From positions 6,546-70,545 of the forward strand of contig DASTOQ010000118.1 in NCBI GenBank assembly GCA_035720205.1: a stretch of DNA of 64,000 nt, read 5' to 3'. The notes beneath the pieces were generated by a model. The model made no database searches and had not been told where the DNA came from. It worked only from the letters and a program-made list of their open reading frames with translations. This document shows positions 37,167 to 44,919 of this stretch, one piece after another. The position numbers and the translations under genes are program-made. Within the stretch, counting starts at the first letter, position 1. Each line of letters starts with the position of its first letter. This DNA is from Steroidobacteraceae bacterium (GTDB lineage Bacteria; Pseudomonadota; Gammaproteobacteria; Steroidobacterales; Steroidobacteraceae).

Positions 37167-39104
37167 TCAGGCGGCCGCCGCATGCAGCGGCGGCAGCGGG
37201 CAATGCAGCGCCGCGCAGATGGCGCGCAGCAGCTCGGATTCGGCGACCGTCATGCGCTGGTCGTGGGAGATCGTGCGCACCAGCGCCTGGACCACCATTT
37301 CCTTGGCGGCCGGCTGCAGGCCGTCGAGGCGCGTCAGCGCGTGGTCGAGCCGCGGCGGCCAGTGGCCCTCGCGCTTGAACGGCGGCCGGACGCGCGGCAG
37401 CAGCTCCTCCATGCCGGCCTCGTAGGCGCGCTGCGCCTGGGTGTCGTCCCCGCTGCCGTGCATCGCCAGGATGGAGAACAGGATCTGCAGCTCGTGGCGG
37501 GTCGCGTGCAGCGTCAGCGAGCCCGACACGCGGCGCCTCGGGTCCAGCTCGTCCTGCAGCTGCACCTGCGACAGCTTGCGCATGGCGTAGGCAAACACCG
37601 AGATGCGGCCCTCGCGCGTCAGCAGGCCGTTCAGGCACTTGAGCAGCGCGACGCGCTCGGCGCGCGCGAGCTGATGCAGCGCCCCGAACACCTGCAGCAG
37701 CGCCGGCATGCGCTGCACCGCCGCGAGCGTGTCGACCGAAGGCAGCAGCTCGATGACGGCGTCGTGGAAGTCGCCGCCGAGCTGCGCGTGGATGAACGCG
37801 AGCTGCCGCTGGCGCCCCTCGCTGGTCGGGTCCAGCGCCAGCGCGAGGAACAGCGCCGCGGCGCGCTCCGGGTCGCGCGCCAGCTCGCGGACGCCGGGCG
37901 GCAGCGACGACAGCAGGCCTTGCGCCTGCAGCACGTGCTCGGTGCCGGGATTCGCGACCAGGGCCGCGACCGCCGCCGGCGCGAGCACGATGGCGCCTTC
38001 CAGCAGGCCACCCGGTTTCGCCGCCGCTTCCGCCTTCGCGTCGGCGCCGCCGACCAGCTCCGCACGCTCCTCGTTCATGCGCCGGCGCATGACCTCGAAT
38101 TCCGCCGGGTCGAAGCGCGGGTCGATCTCGCGGATGCGCTCGACCAGCGGCGGGTGCGTGGCGAAGGCGCGCTGCACGCCCGCGGCAAACAGCAGGTGCG
38201 CCACTTCCTCCGCGTCCGAGTCCATGAAGCGCGAGCCCACGCCCAGCGCCCCGATCTTGACCAGCGCGCCGCGCAGGCCGTCGCGGTCGCGCGTGAACTG
38301 GATCGCAGACGCGTCCGCCAGCGACTCGCGCTTGCGCGACACTGCCGCCTGGATCAGGCGTCCGAAGAACAGGCCGATCCAGCCGAGCACCAGCACGATC
38401 GCGGCGGCCGCCATGATGACCGCGATCGCGCCACCGCCCTTGCGGCCGCCACGGGCCCGCGGCATGTGCCGCAGCACGAGCCGCGCGACCATCGCGACCA
38501 CCGTGAGGCCGAACAGCCAGCCGATCAGGCGCGTCGAGAGCCGCATGTCGCCGTTCAGCACGTGGCTGAACTCGTGCGCGATCACGCCCTGCAGCTCGCC
38601 GCGGTTGAGGTTCACCAGCGCACCGCGCGTGACCGCGATCGCCGCGTTCGCCGGGTTGTGTCCCGCGGCGAAGGCGTTGATGCCCGCCTCGCGCTCGAGC
38701 ACGTACACCTGCGGCACCGGCACGCCCGAGGCGATCGCCATCTCCTCGACCACGTTCATCAGGCGCCGGCGCAGCGGGTCGGTAGTGGTCGCCGACACCC
38801 GCGTGCCGCCCAGCGATTGCGCGACCGCGCTGCCGCCCGCCGACAGCGAGGCAGTGCGCACCAGGCTCGAGACGAAGATCGTGCCGAGCACGACGATCGT
38901 GGAGACCACGATGGCCAGCGGGTAGTCGACGAAGCGGACGGTTTCGGCGGTGAGCATGCCGCCGTCGTCGCTGGCGAGGATGCTGACCGCGACCACGACC
39001 ACCAGGTCGATCGCGACCACGATCGCGCCCACCGCGAGGACGAACAGCAGCACCAGCCAGCGCGACAGGCGCCGGGTCTCGGCCTGCCGCCCGAAGAAGT
39101 CCAT
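37167..39104 (-). CDS. Membrane-bound M48 metallopeptidase (HtpX-like) with a long C-terminal domain
   Basis: 645 aa. N-terminal TMs. HEFSHVLNGD (HExxH). Follows LemA by 20 nt. Confidence 0.85.
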   Translation of the reverse strand: MDFFGRQAETRRLSRWLVLLFVLAVGAIVVAIDLVVVVAVSILASDDGGMLTAETVRFVDYPLAIVVSTIVVLGTIFVSSLVRTASLSAGGSAVAQSLGGTRVSATTTDPLRRRLMNVVEEMAIASGVPVPQVYVLEREAGINAFAAGHNPANAAIAVTRGALVNLNRGELQGVIAHEFSHVLNGDMRLSTRLIGWLFGLTVVAMVARLVLRHMPRARGGRKGGGAIAVIMAAAAIVLVLGWIGLFFGRLIQAAVSRKRESLADASAIQFTRDRDGLRGALVKIGALGVGSRFMDSDAEEVAHLLFAAGVQRAFATHPPLVERIREIDPRFDPAEFEVMRRRMNEERAELVGGADAKAEAAAKPGGLLEGAIVLAPAAVAALVANPGTEHVLQAQGLLSSLPPGVRELARDPERAAALFLALALDPTSEGRQRQLAFIHAQLGGDFHDAVIELLPSVDTLAAVQRMPALLQVFGALHQLARAERVALLKCLNGLLTREGRISVFAYAMRKLSQVQLQDELDPRRRVSGSLTLHATRHELQILFSILAMHGSGDDTQAQRAYEAGMEELLPRVRPPFKREGHWPPRLDHALTRLDGLQPAAKEMVVQALVRTISHDQRMTVAESELLRAICAALHCPLPPLHAAAA

Positions 39105-39124
39105 CGCTCAGCCCGCGGCGCGGT

Positions 39125-39709
39125 TCAGGTGAAGCTGACCTTCGGCACTTCGCGCTTCTGCGGCGACTCGATCTCGAGCAGCTGCGCCGGCTGGAAGTTG
39201 AACATGCCGGCGACGATGCTGTTCGGGAACACCTCGCGCTTGTTGTTGTAGCCCATCACGGAGTCGTTGAAGGCCTGGCGCGCGAACGCGACCTTGTTCT
39301 CGGTCGTGGTCAGTTCCTCCGAGAGCTGCATCATGTTGCGGTTCGCCTTGAGATCCGGGTAGGCCTCGGCCAGCGCGAACAGGCGGCCGAGCGCGCCGGT
39401 CAGCGCGTTCTCGGTGGAGGCGAGGTTCTGCACCGCGGCGGCGTCGCCGGGATTGGCGGCGGCGGCCTTGAGCCCGGTGACCGCGGCGTTGCGCGCCTGG
39501 ATGACGGCTTCCAGCGTGTTGCGCTCGTGGGCGAGGTAGCCCTTGGCGACCTCGACCAGGTTCGGGATCAGGTCGTGGCGGCGCGTGAGCTGCACGTCGA
39601 TCTGCGCGAAGGCGTTCTTGTAGGCGTTGCGCGCCGTGACCAGGCCGTTGTAGATGCCGACCACGAAGACGGCGAGCAGGACGATGATGCCGAGGATTAT
39701 CCAGCCCAT
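39125..39709 (-). CDS. LemA-family protein
   Basis: 194 aa. N-terminal TM, then YNGLV..RN.....AQIDVQLTRRHDLIPNLVE. Confidence 0.9.
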   Translation of the reverse strand: MGWIILGIIVLLAVFVVGIYNGLVTARNAYKNAFAQIDVQLTRRHDLIPNLVEVAKGYLAHERNTLEAVIQARNAAVTGLKAAAANPGDAAAVQNLASTENALTGALGRLFALAEAYPDLKANRNMMQLSEELTTTENKVAFARQAFNDSVMGYNNKREVFPNSIVAGMFNFQPAQLLEIESPQKREVPKVSFT

Positions 39710-39746
39710 GGCGGCTCTCCCAGTCAGATGCGCGGATGATACTCCA

Positions 39747-40424
39747 TCAGCCGGCGGCCAGCCGGGCGCGCAGCCAGCCCGCGATGTCCTGGATCTCCGG
39801 CAGGCAGACCTGGTGCTGCATGGCGTACTCGTGCCACTCGACCGCGTAGCCCAGCGTGCGCAGCCATTCGCGCGCCATCGCGCCGAGCTGCGCCGGCAGT
39901 ACCGGGTCGTAGATCCCGTGGCACATCAATATGGGCGTCGCCCGGTTGGCCTCCGCCAGTTCCCCGGCAAGCGTCGCCTGCAGCGGCAGGTAGGTGGACA
40001 GCGCCAGGATGCCGGCCAGCGGCTCCGGGTGGCGCAGGCCCGCATGCAGCGCGATCGCGCCGCCCTGCGAGAATCCCGCGACGATGATCTTCTGCGAGGC
40101 GATGCCGGCGGCGCGCTCGCGCTGGATGTAGCGCACCAGCAGTGCCGTGGAAGCGCGGATGCCCTCCTCGTCGGCGCGCCCTTCCGCCGTCAGCGTCCTG
40201 ATGTCGTACCAGGCGCGCATGCGCATGCCCATGTTGAGGGTCACCGGCCGCACCGGCGCATGCGGGAACACGAAACGCACGGCGGGCAGTCCCAGCTCCG
40301 GCACGATCGGCACGAAGTCGTGGCCGTCGGCGCCCAGCCCGTGCAGCCAGATCACGCTGGCCGCAGCTTCCGTGGCGGGCGCCAGGATCACGGCGTCCGC
40401 GGATTCCTCGAGGCGGTGGGTCAT
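39747..40424 (-). CDS. Carboxylesterase/phospholipase family alpha/beta-hydrolase
   Basis: Start at MTHRLEES (40424). WLHGLGADG and the GFSQGGAIAL nucleophile elbow. Confidence 0.85.
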   Translation of the reverse strand: MTHRLEESADAVILAPATEAAASVIWLHGLGADGHDFVPIVPELGLPAVRFVFPHAPVRPVTLNMGMRMRAWYDIRTLTAEGRADEEGIRASTALLVRYIQRERAAGIASQKIIVAGFSQGGAIALHAGLRHPEPLAGILALSTYLPLQATLAGELAEANRATPILMCHGIYDPVLPAQLGAMAREWLRTLGYAVEWHEYAMQHQVCLPEIQDIAGWLRARLAAG

Positions 40425-41026
40425 CAGCAGTTCTCGTACTTCCAGTGGCGCGACTTGCCCTGCGCAATCCACTCGACGGCGGTCGCCAGGCGCCGCCGGC
40501 GCGTCGCTTCCTGCTTCGCCTCGGTGATCCACTCGACGTACTCGCGCCGCTTCGACGGCGGAAAAGCGTCGTAGGCCGCTTTCGCCTTCGGGCTCTGCTT
40601 CAGCGCCGCGGCGAGGTCCGCGGGCAGCTTCGGCGGCGGCTTCTTACGCCTGGCCGCCCTCGGTACCTTCACTCCCGCCTCGTTCAGGGCGATCGCGGCC
40701 TTGATGTAGCGCAGCAGCACCGCATCGGACGGGAGTTCATCCACCGAGCGGAACTTGCGCCCGCCCATGCTCGAGTCGCCGGCTGCCGGGAACAGCCCGG
40801 CCGGGTCGGCCAGCAGCTTCTGCTTCCAGAAGCCGAAGCTCGCATGCTGCTTGAACGCCGCCATGCCCGCGACCACGCCCCGGCGCTCGAAGTGCGGCAC
40901 GCCCCACTTGATCGTCTCCTCGATCCCCGGGCAGGCCTTGTGCATGAGCCCGCGCACGCGCCTGAGGATCGGCCGGGCAAAATCGGCCGACTTCGCGATG
41001 TAGGCGTCAACCGCCGGGTTCTTCAT
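40424..41026 (-). CDS. DUF1801 (YdhG-like) + YdeI/OmpD-associated domain protein
   Basis: 200 aa. N-terminal DAYIAKS...IKWGVPHF. C-terminal FPPSKRREYVEWITEAKQEATRRRR. Confidence 0.75.
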   Translation of the reverse strand: MKNPAVDAYIAKSADFARPILRRVRGLMHKACPGIEETIKWGVPHFERRGVVAGMAAFKQHASFGFWKQKLLADPAGLFPAAGDSSMGGRKFRSVDELPSDAVLLRYIKAAIALNEAGVKVPRAARRKKPPPKLPADLAAALKQSPKAKAAYDAFPPSKRREYVEWITEAKQEATRRRRLATAVEWIAQGKSRHWKYENC

Positions 41027-41038
41027 GCGCTGCGGATT

Positions 41039-41428
41039 CTAGCCCCAACCCGGCAGTTTCCGCAGGAACGGCGCAACGGCGGCCGCGACGACGGCAAGTG
41101 TCGCGGCGCCGATCACCATCGGGTCCACCGTGCCCGCGACATCGCCTGAGAAGCGCGCGATCTCCGGCGCGAACCGCCACACCAGCACTGCCGCGGCGGC
41201 GCCCACGCCGGCGGTGGTCACGCCATTCGCCCAGGCTTCGCGCCGCATGCGGCGGCGCGCCGCCAGGCGCCGCGCCTCGAACTGCGCCTTCAGGTCGGTC
41301 TGCGACGTGGCCAGCGACGCAATCCGGTCCTGCACGCGCGCCTCGAAACCGGCGCGCGCATCGAGCCCGGACATCAGGCGGCGCAGCCGCTGGTCCATCC
41401 CGGCGATGCGCGGGTCGTCGTCGTTCAT
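41039..41428 (-). CDS. Putative anti-sigma factor (single-pass membrane protein)
   Basis: The ATG at 41428 overlaps the sigma gene TGA (ATGA). 129 aa with a central TM (VTTAGVGAAAAVLVW). Confidence 0.6.
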   Translation of the reverse strand: MNDDDPRIAGMDQRLRRLMSGLDARAGFEARVQDRIASLATSQTDLKAQFEARRLAARRRMRREAWANGVTTAGVGAAAAVLVWRFAPEIARFSGDVAGTVDPMVIGAATLAVVAAAVAPFLRKLPGWG

Positions 41429-41967
41429 GCGACCTCCTTGCCGGCGGCGCCCAGCGCCGTGGCCAGGCTCGCCCTGGCCCGGTGCAGCTGCGTCTTCACG
41501 GTGTTGACCGGGATGCCCATCATCGCCGCCACCTCGTCCACGCTGCGCTCGTCCTGATAATAAAGAATGACCGCCTGGCGCTGCTTCTCGGGCAGCGCAT
41601 CCACCTGGCGCCAGAGCGCGGCATCCGGCGCGGACTCGGGCTCGGCTGCGACGCCTTCCGCCTCCAGCTGCACGCAGGGGTCGGACATCGAGGCCGTGCG
41701 ACGGCGTGCGCGCAGCGCGGAAACCGCGGCATTGCGCGTGATTGCGTAGATCCAGGTCGAGAGCCGGGCGCGGCCGTCGTATCTCGGCAGCGCCTGCCAC
41801 AGCTTCACGAACACCTCCTGCGCCAGGTCCTCGGCCGCGGCCCGGTCTCCCAGGATGCTGTAGGCGAGGCCGTACACGCGCCGCCGGTAGGCCGGGACCA
41901 GCTTCTCGAAGGCTTCCGCCGTGCTGCCGGCCTGGACCAGGCTGATGATCGCGTCGTCGGCCGGCAT
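41425..41967 (-). CDS. ECF-type RNA polymerase sigma factor
   Basis: 180 aa with sigma-2 (AEDLAQEVFVKLWQAL) and sigma-4 (SVDEVAAMMGIPVNTVKTQLHRAR). Confidence 0.9.
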   Translation of the reverse strand: MPADDAIISLVQAGSTAEAFEKLVPAYRRRVYGLAYSILGDRAAAEDLAQEVFVKLWQALPRYDGRARLSTWIYAITRNAAVSALRARRRTASMSDPCVQLEAEGVAAEPESAPDAALWRQVDALPEKQRQAVILYYQDERSVDEVAAMMGIPVNTVKTQLHRARASLATALGAAGKEVA

Positions 41968-41991
41968 CAGGTTCGGACCATCTCCACGGTT

Positions 41992-42020
41992 GATACGCGG
42001 CCGGCGGCCGCCGGGTTTCA
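41992..42020 (-). promoter_or_regulatory. ECF-type promoter (TGAAAC-N17-CGTATC) driving the sigma/anti-sigma operon
   Basis: Minus strand reads TGAAAC CCGGCGGCCGCCGGCCG CGTATCAAC. The -10 ends ~25 nt before the ATG at 41967. Confidence 0.55.
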
Positions 42021-42040
42021 GCTCATTCTAGCCCGGGCCC

Positions 42041-42069
42041 TGAAACCGGACCGCCAGGCCCGGCGTATC
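42041..42069 (+). promoter_or_regulatory. Second, divergent ECF-type promoter with identical -35/-10 elements
   Basis: Plus strand reads TGAAAC CGGACCGCCAGGCCCGG CGTATCAAC. It mirrors the minus-strand element across a ~20-bp centre. Confidence 0.55.
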
Positions 42070-42243
42070 AACGGGCATGAACGGGTCGAGATCCGCCATT
42101 GGCCCCGATCGGGGCATGCTGGAGACGATCGCGGCCTGCATCGCCGGATGGCTGGCCGCGAACGCGGCACGGACCGACCTGGATTTCGTCTGGCAGTCGC
42201 TGGGACTGCTGTTCAACCTCTGAGAACCCGGAGTATCAACTTC

Positions 42244-42609
42244 ATGGATCCCCAATCGATCGCTGTCCTGATCCCCATTTTCGGCATCGTGTTCGGCATC
42301 GGCATTGCGGCCGTGTCGATCATCTCGGCGCACCAGCGCAGGCTGCAGCGCTACGAGCTGCGCCACAAGGAGCGCCTCGCGGCGATGGAGAAAGGACTGG
42401 AGCTGCCGCCGGAACTGACCGAGCCCAGCGAGACCAACGGCAAGTCCAATGGACTGCGCAGCGGCCTCATCGGCCTCGGTGTCGGCGTGGTGCTCTACTT
42501 CGCGCTGCGCGAGGTGGCCGGCAGCGACGTGGCGCTGTTCGGCCTGATCCCCGCGGCCGTCGGCATCGCCCAGCTCGCCTACTACTTCATCGAAGGCCGC
42601 AAGAGCTGA
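42244..42609 (+). CDS. Small three-TM membrane protein (ECF-associated)
   Basis: ATG at 42244 after GGAG. MDPQSIAVLIPIFGIVFGIGIAAVSII..., 121 aa. Confidence 0.65.
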   Translation: MDPQSIAVLIPIFGIVFGIGIAAVSIISAHQRRLQRYELRHKERLAAMEKGLELPPELTEPSETNGKSNGLRSGLIGLGVGVVLYFALREVAGSDVALFGLIPAAVGIAQLAYYFIEGRKS

Positions 42610-42616
42610 TCTTAAA

Positions 42617-42679
42617 GGGGACGCATCCCATTTAACTTGGGAGATGCACGGACTGCCAAGTTAAATGGGATGCGTCCCC
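42617..42679. repeat. REP-like element, locus 3: perfect 24-bp inverted repeat with a 15-nt loop
   Basis: GGGGACGCATCCCATTTAACTTGG (42617-42640) and its exact reverse complement (42656-42679). Shares the core GGGGACGCATCCCATTTA with locus 2. Between convergent stops. Confidence 0.85.
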
Positions 42680-42692
42680 AATTGATTTTCCG

Positions 42693-43895
42693 TCAGCCGA
42701 TGCGGAGGCGGGCGCGGGTGCCGCGGGGCGCGCGCGGCTCGATCGTGAGGCCGCTATCCGGGCCGAAGCAGAGCCGCAGGCGCTCCGCCACGTTGGCCAG
42801 GCCATGGCCGGGGCGCAGCTCGATCTTCGCGTCGCCGGGCCCACAGCCGTCGTCTTCGACCTCGATGATCAGCCGGCGCCCCTCGCGCCAGGCGCGGATG
42901 TCCACCGTCAGTGGCGTCGGCGGGCTCATGCCGTGGCGGATCGAGTTCTCGATCAGGGGCTGCACCACCAGCGCCGGGAAGCGCAGATCGCGCAGCGCCT
43001 CCGGGATCGCGAGGCGGTAGCGGAACTGCCTGTCGAAGCGCAGCTCGCAGAGCTTCAGGTAGCGGTCCAGGAACTCCATTTCGTCGCCAAGCGTCATGCT
43101 CGTGACCCGGCCGCTGCGCAATGCGATCTGGAGCAGTTCGCCCAGCTGGCCAATCGCGTCGAAGGCGCGGTCTCGCTCCCCGGTCTGCACCAGGCCCGCG
43201 ATCGCGTTCAGGCTGTTCAGCAGGAAGTGCGGGTTGATCTGCACCTGCAGGGCCTGCAGACGCGCCTGCGCGAGCTGCGCCTCCAGGTGCGCGCCGCGCA
43301 ACTCCACCTGCGCCGCTTCCCACAGCGCCAGATCCCTGGTGCGCAAGCCGCGAAGCACGGCGAACGCCGCGAGCGCGAGCGCCAGGATGCTGAGATTCAT
43401 CGCGTGGAATGCCGGGCCGACCGGCGGCTGCAGGTAGATCTCGAACAGCTGCTGGAAGCCGAGCGGCAGGTCGTGGCGGATGGAATAGCTCAGGAACGAG
43501 AGGATGGTCGAGCCGGCCAGCGCGACCGTGCTCCAGGCCACCAGCGCCAGCAGCCAGACCGCGCGCCGGCCGCCCGCGATCGTCATGTGCAGCGCCCGGT
43601 ACAAGGGCGGGCTGCACAACGCCCAGACCAGGTAATGCGGAATCGTGGCCAGCAGCGACTGGGCGAAGGTGTCGTAGCGGCCGCCCGCCCGGTAGTTGAC
43701 GAAAAGCCCGAATCCCACGGAAAAGGCGACCGCGAGCCAGCTGCCTGCCAGCGGCCACCAGCGCTGGGGCTGATCGCCGATGAGGCGGTCCACGATGACG
43801 GGCCTTGCGGGCGATGATGCAGACGGGCTGCGCACCGGCGCCTCCTCGACCCGCCCCGGCAAGCCCTCGAGCACCTTGGTTTCCGTGCGCGCCAT
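42693..43895 (-). CDS. LytS/YehU-type sensor histidine kinase
   Basis: 400 aa. N-terminal TMs. INPHFLLNSLNAI (the His_kinase family H-box) and a GHKL ATPase C-terminus. Confidence 0.85.
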   Translation of the reverse strand: MARTETKVLEGLPGRVEEAPVRSPSASSPARPVIVDRLIGDQPQRWWPLAGSWLAVAFSVGFGLFVNYRAGGRYDTFAQSLLATIPHYLVWALCSPPLYRALHMTIAGGRRAVWLLALVAWSTVALAGSTILSFLSYSIRHDLPLGFQQLFEIYLQPPVGPAFHAMNLSILALALAAFAVLRGLRTRDLALWEAAQVELRGAHLEAQLAQARLQALQVQINPHFLLNSLNAIAGLVQTGERDRAFDAIGQLGELLQIALRSGRVTSMTLGDEMEFLDRYLKLCELRFDRQFRYRLAIPEALRDLRFPALVVQPLIENSIRHGMSPPTPLTVDIRAWREGRRLIIEVEDDGCGPGDAKIELRPGHGLANVAERLRLCFGPDSGLTIEPRAPRGTRARLRIG

Positions 43896-43898
43896 CGC

Positions 43899-44717
43899 TC
43901 AGTTGCCCGGGGCCGCGATCCCGTTCAACAGCTTTTCGAGGATCTCGCGCCGTGCTCGACCCATCGGCAACGCGTGGCCGCCATGCAGGACGATGTTGTA
44001 GCGTCCGTCGCCGGTCGAGCGAACCTCGCGCACGTGCGCCGCATTCACGATCGCCGAGCGGTGGATGCGGAAGAACCGGCTCGGGTCCAGTTCGCACTCG
44101 AGCGAGGCCAGCGTACGCGAGAGGAGGTACTCACCACCCTTGGTGTGCACGCGGCTGTACTGGCTCGCGCCCTGGATCCACGTGATCTCGCTGATGTCGA
44201 GCGAGAGAAGGCGGCGACGCACGCGGATCGTGAGCCGTTCTGCGTACGGTTCTTGCGGGCGCGCCCCGGCACCCCCCTGGCGCTCGAGCGCATGGGCAGC
44301 GCCCGCGATCTGCATCGCAAGACCGGCCACGCGGCGTTCGACGATGCGCTGCTTGGCACGCAGGAGGCTGCCGGAGAACCGCGGGCGCTGGACCGGCTTC
44401 ATCAGGTAATCCACCGCTTCGAGCTCGAATGCCGGCAGCGCGAACTCCGGATGCGCCGTGACGAAGATGACGTAGGGCATCGGCGCGCGGACGCCGCGCA
44501 GCACGTCGATGCCGCTGCCACCCGGGATCTCGATGTCCATGAAGACCAGGTCCGGGCGCTGCTCGGCGATCTGGCGCGCGGCCTCCGGCGCCGAGTCCGC
44601 CTCCCCCACGATTTCCACGTCGTCGTCGTGCTCCAGCAGCGTGCGCAGCACGCGACGGCCGAGTTCCTCGTCGTCGACGATCAGCACCCGCACCCGTTCT
44701 GCGCCGTTCGCCGCCAT
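43899..44717 (-). CDS. LytTR/AlgR-family response regulator
   Basis: Receiver domain (VLIVDDE...DLVFMDIEIPG) plus LytTR DNA-binding domain (ITWIQGASQYSRVHT...FFRIHRSAIVN). The start may be 44717 or 44735. Confidence 0.85.
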   Translation of the reverse strand: MAANGAERVRVLIVDDEELGRRVLRTLLEHDDDVEIVGEADSAPEAARQIAEQRPDLVFMDIEIPGGSGIDVLRGVRAPMPYVIFVTAHPEFALPAFELEAVDYLMKPVQRPRFSGSLLRAKQRIVERRVAGLAMQIAGAAHALERQGGAGARPQEPYAERLTIRVRRRLLSLDISEITWIQGASQYSRVHTKGGEYLLSRTLASLECELDPSRFFRIHRSAIVNAAHVREVRSTGDGRYNIVLHGGHALPMGRARREILEKLLNGIAAPGN

Positions 44718-44800
44718 GCCCCACCCATATGCCATGGCCGTTGTCGTTCTACAACATCAGATGCGACGACGCGCCAGAACGTTCACTCATGCTTGCGAGC

Positions 44801-44908
44801 AGCCGGAATCCTTTGCCAAAAGGCGGGTAATTCAAGGGCTTCCCGTCGTATCGTCTCCTTCCGCAACAGGGCCTTTGTGGCCGGCCATTGTTGCCGTAAA
44901 GCAACATT
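44801..44908 (+). promoter_or_regulatory. Conserved three-block upstream leader, copy A, before TonB-dependent receptor 44920
   Basis: Blocks AGCCGGAATCCTTTGCCA (44801-18), CCCGTCGTATCGTC (44842-55) and CAGGGCCTTTGTGGCCGGCCATTGTTGCCGTAAAGCAACAT (44867-907). They are near-identical to copy B at 48040-48145, with the same spacing to within 1 nt. Confidence 0.6.
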
Positions 44909-44919
44909 GGAGGTAATCG

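Noticed and set aside
14922-42679. Whether the repeated GGGGACGCATCCC elements are a CRISPR array
   Set aside because: They occur as isolated inverted-repeat pairs tens of kb apart, not as regularly spaced direct repeats with unique spacers. No cas genes are present.
44842-44855. An AlgR-type binding site (CCGTTCGTC-like) in block 2 (CCCGTCGTATCGTC)
   Set aside because: It only loosely resembles the AlgR 9-mer, and I could not find the paired direct repeat ~21 bp away expected for LytTR sites. I kept it only as a hypothesis to test by EMSA.
44876-44895. A sigma-54 promoter in conserved block 3 (TGGCCGGCCATTGTTGC)
   Set aside because: The GG-to-GC spacing is two bases longer than the canonical TGGCAC-N5-TTGC geometry in both copies, and no enhancer-binding protein is nearby.
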